In this document: positions 8,849 through 16,225 of the stretch, in pieces
How positions within the stretch are numbered: position 1 is the first letter of the stretch
Layout of the letters: each line of letters begins with the position of its first letter
Assembly: GCA_050293845.1 (NCBI GenBank)
Contig: JBNKNM010000114.1
Location: forward strand, 1-17,067
Direction: 5' to 3'
DNA length: 17,067 nucleotides
DNA from: Pseudobacteriovorax sp.
GTDB lineage: Bacteria; Bdellovibrionota_B; Oligoflexia; Oligoflexales; Oligoflexaceae
The notes under the pieces: generated by a model
The model's database searches: none
The model's input: the letters and a program-made list of their open reading frames with translations, nothing else
Told to the model about the DNA's origin: nothing
Translations under genes and position numbers: made by a program

Positions 8849-9616
8849 ATGGGCTTTGCCATAAACCGGAAAATCATTATTAAAGAATTGAAAAAACAAG
8901 CAATTAGATTTCCCAACAGGTCTATGAAACGCCCTTTTGTAACCTTAAGTTTTGCTCAATCATTGGATGGTTGCTTATCTGCAGGGCCAAACCAACAAAC
9001 GATAATTTCTCATCGTGAAAGTTCTATTCTTACGCATCAAATAAGATCACTACACCATGGTATACTGGTAGGTATCAATACTATTAAGATAGATAACCCC
9101 AAATTGAATGTTCGTCACATTAAAGGCCCTTCACCTAGAGTTATAATAATCGATCCCAATATGGAAACTCCCTTAGATAGCAAGATTTTTAGATTTATTA
9201 ATAAAAAACCCCCAATCATCATCTGTGATAATAAGACGGATATCGATAAAATTTCCGCGTTTAGACAACAATGCTCTGCTGAAGTGCTTGTATGCAATCT
9301 CAGTCAAGAGAATAATCTAGAAGATCCGCTAAACAAACTCTACGATTTAGGAATTAAGACTTTGATGGTAGAAGGTGGAGGAAAAACTATCTTTCGATTT
9401 ATTCAAGAAAAATTTGTTGATTACTTCGTCATGACGATAAGCCCCATGTTTCTAGGTTCAGAACAATCTATCAGATACAGTAATTTCAGTAATTCGATCA
9501 ATGATTTTATCAGTAAAGCCAACTATCAAAAAATTGGCACTGACATAGTAGTCTTTGGCTCATCATCTAGATACTGTGAGTCTGACGAATGGAGTACTGC
9601 TGTTGATAGTAAATAA
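8849..9616 (+). CDS. Stand-alone RibD C-terminal (pyrimidine reductase / DHFR-fold) protein
   Basis: RPFVTLSFAQSLDG, HQIRS...ILVGINTIKIDNPKLNVR, PRVIIID, TLMVEGGG and VD.F...ISPMFLG. No N-terminal deaminase domain (no HAE/PCxxC motif). GAGGGGA SD. Confidence 0.9.
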   Translation: MGFAINRKIIIKELKKQAIRFPNRSMKRPFVTLSFAQSLDGCLSAGPNQQTIISHRESSILTHQIRSLHHGILVGINTIKIDNPKLNVRHIKGPSPRVIIIDPNMETPLDSKIFRFINKKPPIIICDNKTDIDKISAFRQQCSAEVLVCNLSQENNLEDPLNKLYDLGIKTLMVEGGGKTIFRFIQEKFVDYFVMTISPMFLGSEQSIRYSNFSNSINDFISKANYQKIGTDIVVFGSSSRYCESDEWSTAVDSK

Positions 9617-10616
9617 TGTAAATCCTTGCCGACAAATACTATTCACAGGTTCTCGCCAGGTTCTGTTACGGGACTATAATCCCTACCCCCTTAAGGGTGA
9701 TGAAATCTTGATCAAAACTCTATACAGTGGTATCAGTGCAGGAAGCGAATGGTTGATTTATGCGGGACTCATTTCACAGAAATACAAACTTGATGAATCT
9801 ATTTCTGACCTTAATGACAATCTAAATTATCCATGTGCTTATGGTTATGCCAATATAGGTATAGTCACAGAGGTGGCCAATCCCATAAATGAACTACTTC
9901 TAGAAAAGATTGTTTTTAGCTTTAACCCTCATCAGGAATATAGTAAATCCTCGTATCAAATAGTATTTCCTTTACCTACATCAAAAAATGAATCAAAAAA
10001 ATATATTTTTTTGCCAAATTTAGAAACGGCTATTAGTTTAGTGATGGACGCGAATCCACTAATTGGTGAGAAGATAGCTATTATCGGTTCAGGAGTTGTC
10101 GGACATTTGGTAACCCAAATACTCAAATCAAATATAGGACTCGACATACATGTTATTGAACCAAGCAAATTTCGTCGTGACCTTTTAAAAAATTACCCTA
10201 TCACAGTTCATGATAATATAGGCGACTTACCCCAAAATATAGATCTAGTATTTGAATTATCTGGAAATATCGAAGCTTTACCACAAATTTATTCCCACTG
10301 CCGATGTGATAGCAGGATCATAGTTGGTTCCTGGTATGGTGATTACCAAAAATTTTCAATCCTAGACACCCAATTCCATCGTAAAAGGATCAGGCTAATA
10401 GGTTCTCAAGTAAGCAATATCAACCCTAATTTTAAGCATTTTCTAACTAAAGAAAAACGTTTTCATTTAGCCATTAAATTAATAAACCAGCTAGACCTTA
10501 ACTTATTAATCACCCACAATATTCCTTTTACACTGGCTGACAAAGCCTATAAATTACTAGAACAAGGCCCGGATCATTACATGCAAATTTGTTTAAACTA
10601 TGAGGATTATAAATGA
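9603..10616 (+). CDS. Medium-chain (MDR) alcohol dehydrogenase-like protein lacking the canonical catalytic Zn ligands
   Basis: EILIKTLYSGISAGSE, YGYANIG, PHQE, NLETA, Rossmann GEKIAIIGSGVVG, DLVFELSG, GSWYG, FHRKRIRLIGSQV and LITHNIPF. The probable start is TTG 9603, 8 nt after GGAG, rather than 9555. Confidence 0.88.
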   Translation: MIVNNVNPCRQILFTGSRQVLLRDYNPYPLKGDEILIKTLYSGISAGSEWLIYAGLISQKYKLDESISDLNDNLNYPCAYGYANIGIVTEVANPINELLLEKIVFSFNPHQEYSKSSYQIVFPLPTSKNESKKYIFLPNLETAISLVMDANPLIGEKIAIIGSGVVGHLVTQILKSNIGLDIHVIEPSKFRRDLLKNYPITVHDNIGDLPQNIDLVFELSGNIEALPQIYSHCRCDSRIIVGSWYGDYQKFSILDTQFHRKRIRLIGSQVSNINPNFKHFLTKEKRFHLAIKLINQLDLNLLITHNIPFTLADKAYKLLEQGPDHYMQICLNYEDYK

Positions 10617-10993
10617 ACTTTGAAGTTGGAATTCAGCAAGAATTTATAGCACAACACTTTTTGATAGGCGGCGATTGGGGAGATGAAAACACCCCACACT
10701 CTCATCATTTTAAAATAGAAATTATACTAAAATCCTCCGAGCTTGATCATCATAATTACGTTGCTGATATTGCTGTATTAAAGAATAAATTGGACAATGT
10801 AGTATGTCATTTTAAAGACAAATTATTAAACGACTTATCTGAATTTCATAACGAAAATCCTAGTATAGAATTATTTTCAAAAATACTTTGGAATAAAATT
10901 TTCGGTAACATCGAAACTCCCAATATAAAACTTGCTACAATCCGTCTTTGGGAAGACGATATTTCATGGGCTACTTATGAAAAAGTTCCCTAA
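10613..10993 (+). CDS. 6-pyruvoyltetrahydropterin synthase / QueD-fold (COG0720) protein, non-canonical active site
   Basis: 126-aa T-fold pattern F.AQH...HSHHFKIE...D...LK...LND...NPSIE...LWE. Three His Zn ligands (H15, H29, H31) are present, but there is no catalytic Cys before HxH. ATGA overlap with the upstream gene; GAGGA SD. Confidence 0.9.
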   Translation: MNFEVGIQQEFIAQHFLIGGDWGDENTPHSHHFKIEIILKSSELDHHNYVADIAVLKNKLDNVVCHFKDKLLNDLSEFHNENPSIELFSKILWNKIFGNIETPNIKLATIRLWEDDISWATYEKVP

Positions 10994-11930
10994 TCCGAAA
11001 ATTAAATTTTTTGTTCCACTAACATCGGAATTAATCAGTGGAGGAACACTTTACAATTTAAAGGTGTTCCAGGATTTATTAAATATTGACGCCGATATTA
11101 AGTTGGAAGAAATTAGCCTTCATCATAAGGTGGAAAGTCGCCATATTGGAAATCATGAAGATGTTATATTAGTAGACGGTTTATTGCTCGGAAATGTAAA
11201 TTTCATTCATGATACAAGAAAAAAAGTACTTATTCTCCACGGCCCTCACTTACCAAAGAACCTAATAACCAAACCATTTACCCATATTGTCCTTGTCAGT
11301 GAAGACCTAAAAAGCCGATTTATAGCAAATGTCGGCAAAAAACCGATAACTGTCAGCGTCATAAGCCCTGGCACAGACCATTTTTCCTACGGTAAATCTA
11401 CAGAGAGCCCTCCTCACTCCATGTGTACAATCGGCGCTATAACTCCAGACAAAGACCAAGGAATTCTGGTGGATGCATTAGCAAGTGTCTCATCAAAAAA
11501 ATGGCAGCTACATATGATTGGTTCGTGTAAGCGAAATACCAAATATTATCAATATATCATCGAAAGAATTCGCAAGTATAAACTAAATGACAATATAACA
11601 ATTCACGGTGAACTTAATCACCCACAAATCTTTGAAATATTCTTAAAAACTAATCTCTACATTGTATCTTCCCCCTATGAATCATTTGGTATTACAGCTT
11701 TCGAAGCTTTAAACGCTGGTATTCCCGTACTAAATTGTTCGGACGGCTTTTTAAAAAAAGCAATAGGTCATAGGCAAGGCTGGCAAGTACCGTATAGATG
11801 CCCGGTAAACATCGCTAGATTTATCACTCTTTGGCTAGAAGGTAAAATACCACATATCAACCCCATGGTCATAAATAACCGTTGGATTGATGCCGCTTAT
11901 TCATACAAAGCAATTCTGGACAATCTATAG
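10977..11930 (+). CDS. Glycosyltransferase family 4 (GT-B, retaining)
   Basis: N-terminal SGGTLYN, VDGL, LILH, ISPGTD, IGAITPDKDQ and the E-x7-E motif YESFGITAFEALNAGIPV. Probable start is ATG 10977, overlapping the end of the PTPS gene. Confidence 0.92.
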   Translation: MKKFPNPKIKFFVPLTSELISGGTLYNLKVFQDLLNIDADIKLEEISLHHKVESRHIGNHEDVILVDGLLLGNVNFIHDTRKKVLILHGPHLPKNLITKPFTHIVLVSEDLKSRFIANVGKKPITVSVISPGTDHFSYGKSTESPPHSMCTIGAITPDKDQGILVDALASVSSKKWQLHMIGSCKRNTKYYQYIIERIRKYKLNDNITIHGELNHPQIFEIFLKTNLYIVSSPYESFGITAFEALNAGIPVLNCSDGFLKKAIGHRQGWQVPYRCPVNIARFITLWLEGKIPHINPMVINNRWIDAAYSYKAILDNL

Positions 11931-12046
11931 AAATCATTATTGTTTTAAGCCTGATTTCAGCCTTGAGGGAGGCGCACAATGATATCTCTAATAACATCAT
12001 TATACTTTCATATAATAAAAAGCATAATCATTTTGAGGCAACGAAC

Positions 12047-13570
12047 ATGAAGAGTTTAATGAGTTTTATCTACTTAGTGATATTAAATACTACATTAATT
12101 CCAAAATCAGACCTTACTTGGGCAACTGCTTTAACACCAAATTACGATTTACTATTTATAGTCGGAATAGTTTTATTCTTGCCATCACTTACTATTATGA
12201 TATCTATAATTTGCTCTATAAATTATTTTTTAAACTTAACTGATTTAGCACTCTTATATTTCCTCAATAAAAACTTATATCTTGGACTTGATTATCGATT
12301 AATAGTTGATTTAAACAACTTTGGAACTATGAGTTATGGTTTTAGTTTCTACCTAATCTACCTTTTACTCTTACTAGCTTTTGTCATCTTTATACAAGGA
12401 ATAATGACACTTTTAAAAAAAATAAGTCATCATTTTAAGCTTCAAAAAAAGTTTTATCCGTTAGTTCTAATAGTGGGTATACCTATATGTCACGAAGTCC
12501 ATCATAAAATCCAAGCAAACAAAAGTTTTATATTCAGAAATATAAAAAAATCAGTTGTAAGCTTTGATAATAAAGATTCCCTATTAGCCTTTCAGAGAGA
12601 GATAAATGACTCAATTGCTAGATTTACATCAATAGATTACAATGTTCAATTCAATAAACCCAATATATACATATTTTTTATCGAATCGTATGGTCTATCA
12701 ACTCTAAGGATTGATAAGAACGTCTCTAATTTCCTTCAAAACTTACCTCAAGAGTTGAATAATAGACATCAGAAATACTTTTCTGGAATATTAGAATCTC
12801 CCGTATTTGGCGGTCAATCATGGATGGCATATGCTAGCTTAAATTGTGGCCTCCATGTTGATAATCAACTTAAATTTAAGTCTATATTTAGAAGTCAAGT
12901 AAAATGTCTTCCGGAAATCTTAAAAAATTATGGCTATTTCTCTATTGAAATAAAACCAGGAACCAAGCAACCTCTACTCAAAGAAGAAATAGAAAAATAT
13001 AAGTTTGATAAAAGTATAATAGCAAAAGACTTAGATTATCACAGCATTCCCATAGGATGGGGAGCAATTCCTGACGAGTACAGCCTGGCTCGATTTTTCC
13101 TTGATCTGTTGCCGAGTTTTCCAAAAAAACCTAAACTAATTGAGTTTTTTCTTGTCAGTTCGCATACACCCTGGGAGTATGAAATACCCATTTTGGGAAT
13201 AGAAAAAAAATTGATCAATGATTTTGGTAGAAGTTACAATTCGATTGAACTAAAGAAAATAGAAGATACAGACCTAGCTTATACCCGATCTATTCTCTAC
13301 GACTTGAAGCTAATTAAAACTGTTATCCAAAAATTTACAACAAGAGATGATATTATTATAATCTTAGGAGACCACCCTCCAAACAACATCGTTTCAAATT
13401 TCTACAATTTGAACCTTGTCCCCATTCACGTGATTACTCCTCATTGGATAGGCGGTTTCGAGGAGTTTTTATCCCATGGATTAATTCCAGATACGGAAAA
13501 AGATATTATACAAATGAAAGATTTTTCAGAACGATTTCTACGAACATTATTCAAGAAAAAGCTTCTTTAG
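12047..13570 (+). CDS. Membrane-anchored alkaline-phosphatase-superfamily (LtaS/sulfatase-like) protein
   Basis: About 4-5 N-terminal hydrophobic helices, then PNIYIFFIESYG (metal Glu), SPVFGGQSW (candidate Ser nucleophile), PDEYSL, LVSSHTPW, IIIILGDHPP and VPIHVI. No CxPxR/SxPxR formylglycine motif. Probable start is ATG 12047 after GAGG; the ORF track gives TTG 11963. Confidence 0.82.
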   Translation: MKSLMSFIYLVILNTTLIPKSDLTWATALTPNYDLLFIVGIVLFLPSLTIMISIICSINYFLNLTDLALLYFLNKNLYLGLDYRLIVDLNNFGTMSYGFSFYLIYLLLLLAFVIFIQGIMTLLKKISHHFKLQKKFYPLVLIVGIPICHEVHHKIQANKSFIFRNIKKSVVSFDNKDSLLAFQREINDSIARFTSIDYNVQFNKPNIYIFFIESYGLSTLRIDKNVSNFLQNLPQELNNRHQKYFSGILESPVFGGQSWMAYASLNCGLHVDNQLKFKSIFRSQVKCLPEILKNYGYFSIEIKPGTKQPLLKEEIEKYKFDKSIIAKDLDYHSIPIGWGAIPDEYSLARFFLDLLPSFPKKPKLIEFFLVSSHTPWEYEIPILGIEKKLINDFGRSYNSIELKKIEDTDLAYTRSILYDLKLIKTVIQKFTTRDDIIIILGDHPPNNIVSNFYNLNLVPIHVITPHWIGGFEEFLSHGLIPDTEKDIIQMKDFSERFLRTLFKKKLL

Positions 13571-13606
13571 CTTGTGAAGATTATACTCCTTATGTAAAAA
13601 GTAAAA

Positions 13607-14788
13607 CTACTCAAGTAATAAATTTTTTACAGAATATTCCTTAAATAGGTCCTCAGCTAAACCTAACACATCATGATTACTACCACTACTCAGTCGAAAA
13701 GAAAGTGCGGCATATTCATGAAGAGTCATTTGTGCCATATCACGTTGTTTGTTGCGATCTAGCCATCGCGCTAAAGCTAACCAAACTAGCATTTCCTTAT
13801 CAATATTTCGCAATAGTTTTATTTTATCAAAAATTTCCTCAAGTTTCTGTAGCCGGGTCACAAGAGGAATTGATTTATCATATGCAACTTCTATCGAATT
13901 CACTATTTTGAAAAATGTTCCTGCACTTCTTAGTTTTAATTCCTTCTTCCTTGCTAGAGTTCGGACTTTAGGGAGTTGAAGCATAATTTTAAAACCAGAA
14001 GTACAATAACTCCAAAGATAGTACTCTAAAATATATGATGGCTTATAGTGGCTTGATCCTGCCTTTACAAGATCACCGATTCCATTAATATCTTTCTGGG
14101 AACTTGCATTTATACAAGCATGTTCCCAGATAAGTTCCGTTTGAAAACGTGAGTCGATGTCATTCGTGCTGCTATAATCTTCTATCATTCTGAGAGAATG
14201 TTCATAATCACCTCGAAAGCGATAAGCCCTTATTTTATTCACTAAATAATAGCCAAACATTTGATGATCAGGTTTCAAATCCTCACTTAAATAACTTAAG
14301 GCTAATTCTGTATTGCCCAATCGCAATGCTTTTAAACCAAATAAATAATTTTGATAGACTTCCCCACCAGAATTTTGTGTGGGACTTTGGATCTTAGATA
14401 AGTTCTGTTGCCAGGCTGCCTTCCAAAAATTTCCTTCTTTTTGTGCAAAAAGACTCTTTAGGGTATGAAAATCCCCGTATAAAACTGATAACTTTCCGGT
14501 GGTGTTAGGAACCCGATGTACCAGCAATAGGGTATAGGCTAAGTCAAATAAGCCCTTGGCTTCCTCATATGACAATACATCAAATTGAACATGTTGAGAA
14601 AGAGTTGAAAATATATATATCAACCGTTTAAGCTGACCTTCAGGGCTAGAATTTTCCAACTCCGAAACCCGCTCTAAAGAATATAGTACACGTTCCTCGC
14701 GTCCATGTTCATTCTCGATTTCGTCTAACTCTTTAACAACATCTACTTTAGTTGTTTCGAATAATTTATATTTCCAAACAGCCGACAT
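13607..14788 (-). CDS. Hypothetical all-helical (TPR-like) cytoplasmic protein
   Basis: 393-aa ORF with no signal peptide and TPR-like helix pairs (GLKALRLGNTELALSYL; KIRAYRFRGDYEHSLRMI; EGNFWKAAWQQ). Starts 3 nt after the lipoprotein stop. Confidence 0.75.
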   Translation of the reverse strand: MSAVWKYKLFETTKVDVVKELDEIENEHGREERVLYSLERVSELENSSPEGQLKRLIYIFSTLSQHVQFDVLSYEEAKGLFDLAYTLLLVHRVPNTTGKLSVLYGDFHTLKSLFAQKEGNFWKAAWQQNLSKIQSPTQNSGGEVYQNYLFGLKALRLGNTELALSYLSEDLKPDHQMFGYYLVNKIRAYRFRGDYEHSLRMIEDYSSTNDIDSRFQTELIWEHACINASSQKDINGIGDLVKAGSSHYKPSYILEYYLWSYCTSGFKIMLQLPKVRTLARKKELKLRSAGTFFKIVNSIEVAYDKSIPLVTRLQKLEEIFDKIKLLRNIDKEMLVWLALARWLDRNKQRDMAQMTLHEYAALSFRLSSGSNHDVLGLAEDLFKEYSVKNLLLE

Positions 14789-14791
14789 ATG

Positions 14792-15790
14792 TTACTTCCA
14801 TTCAATATATATCGAACGAGTTAAATCAGGATTCAGAATTTCCCTTCTGGCTAGTACCACCCAGTTCAACTCATCTTGACTACCTAAAATACTAATACTA
14901 TCAGGAACACATTCTCCTAAAGAATTTTCTGTGTGACTATTAATCTTAACAGCATCAACAACCATCGGAATAGTTTGAAACTCAACCTGAAACCAAGTAT
15001 TCTCTACAGCATCAAAGGGAGGATTAGAAGAAAAAACCTCCGTTTCGCTTTCCCAGTAAATCGTATCATTAACTAGTCCATGAGAGGTAGGAGCAAGGCT
15101 CGTTGAAGCTGAAGTAAGAACAGGAGCTCCCCCTATGGATTCTTGACCAGTCTCAAAATCATAATTATTAGCAAAAGCTATTCCATTATCGTAAAAAATA
15201 ATACTGGAAATACAAACATTGGGACCAGTTATAGGCAACCTCCCAATAGATTCAATCTTAAACCGCAAGTAATTGAAAGTTACAGATTCGCTTTTTATCA
15301 AAGCCTGAGCAATCCTAGTGGTGATATCAAGTTGTTTTCCACTGTTTTTAAATACACCATCGGCTGATAATAACGTCTCTCTGTAAATCTCAGAAAGGGA
15401 GATATCTCCGTAAGGTTCTATATTTACATCAAAATTTATAGGATAGTATGGATCGTCACTAACTAATTTATTAAAAGCTAAAGGGAAGGCACTCCTTATA
15501 CTGTATTCAAAATCGACAATTTCAGATGAAACATTAATTAATACTCTGTTTTCATTGGCTATTCCACAGCTAAAATTTGATCGTTGTTTGTTGATAGATG
15601 ATTCTTTACACTTGATAATATAGCCTGGGATACCAGGATTTTCTTCGGACGGTCGATTATCATTATTTTTGGTTTTATCCTGCCCATCAACAATTGGCAG
15701 TCTCTGAACATTACCTTCAATGGGGCTAGAACTATTGCAAGACGAAATGAATCCAATTCCAAGCAGATACAATAACAAAACTTTAAACAT
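14792..15790 (-). CDS. Lipoprotein with C-terminal discoidin/F5-8C-like (galactose-binding fold) domain
   Basis: Signal peptide and lipobox MFKVLLLYLLGIGFISSC; GAGGAG SD at 15801-15796. C-terminal WFQVEFQ..PMVVDAVKI...PDSISILGSQDELNWVVL matches the discoidin W.qvdf...P..f.i.gS.D...W pattern. Confidence 0.78.
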   Translation of the reverse strand: MFKVLLLYLLGIGFISSCNSSSPIEGNVQRLPIVDGQDKTKNNDNRPSEENPGIPGYIIKCKESSINKQRSNFSCGIANENRVLINVSSEIVDFEYSIRSAFPLAFNKLVSDDPYYPINFDVNIEPYGDISLSEIYRETLLSADGVFKNSGKQLDITTRIAQALIKSESVTFNYLRFKIESIGRLPITGPNVCISSIIFYDNGIAFANNYDFETGQESIGGAPVLTSASTSLAPTSHGLVNDTIYWESETEVFSSNPPFDAVENTWFQVEFQTIPMVVDAVKINSHTENSLGECVPDSISILGSQDELNWVVLARREILNPDLTRSIYIEWK

Positions 15791-15823
15791 TTTAGCTCCT
15801 CAATTTACCTGTTCCCTCCTTCT

Positions 15824-15850
15824 TTATCGGTTTACTTTGATATTTTTTAA
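15824..15850 (-). promoter_or_regulatory. Sigma-28 (FliA)-like promoter
   Basis: The minus strand reads TTAA-N15-ACCGATAA against the consensus TAAA-N15-GCCGATAA. The -10 element ends 33 nt upstream of the lipoprotein ATG. Confidence 0.55.
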
Positions 15851-15929
15851 AGCTTACTAGCAATAGTTAATATTTACATCTCCTTATCAATCTTATTTCA
15901 TCTTTACATGATTAAGTTAATTTCTGAAT

Positions 15930-16013
15930 TCAGCCCCGTTAATTCTTACAATACTACACCATTCATGAGTTGGTGCAAAAACTCGGTGTAGGTCTTTCTA
16001 CTATGCTCGTTGG
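15930..16013 (+). pseudogene. Decayed IS3-family transposase OrfA (HTH) remnant
   Basis: With two frameshifts it reads SAPLIL / QYYTIHELVQKLGVGLSTM / xRW. This resembles the IS3-family OrfA HTH segment, recalled from memory for IS911 as SAQLVVDQxYTV...DVGLSTMTRW. No start, OrfB or terminal repeats are recognisable. Confidence 0.45.
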
Positions 16014-16225
16014 CGATGGAACTGACCATAGGATTGGTGATTTGTAAGCTACCGGAATGAAATGAAATGGCGCCCAGATTGGATTGGCACGCAGAGAATT
16101 CATAACTTTTTAAAAAAATATCCCAACCTTCCTAAATATCTTAAGAAAATCGTTTAATCATAGTAATGTGTAATGGACCCCAGAAATTATCATTTGAGCA
16201 TTATACCACGATCCAAAAACCTATT

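Noticed and set aside
8229..10168. ORFs at 8229-8465 (+), 9115-9297 (-) and 9956-10168 (-)
   Set aside because: Alternative-frame or antisense ORFs nested in well-supported genes, with no motifs.
8849..10993. Calling these genes housekeeping ribD and queD
   Set aside because: The RibD-like protein lacks the deaminase domain and rib neighbours, and the PTPS-fold protein lacks the catalytic Cys and que neighbours; gene symbols were withheld.
13444..15762. ORFs at 13444-13644, 13705-13911, 13749-13979, 15143-15367 and 15559-15762
   Set aside because: Nested in or antisense to longer coherent CDSs; no independent support.
16066..16092. Minus-strand ...CCAATCCAATCTGGGCGCCA resembling a tRNA 3' end or att site
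   Set aside because: No TTCGA T-loop, the spacing to CCA is one base short, no cloverleaf forms, and there is no integrase in the window.
16084..16100. TTGGCACG as a possible sigma-54 -24 element
   Set aside because: The required GC at -12 is absent (it reads AT), and no plus-strand gene follows.
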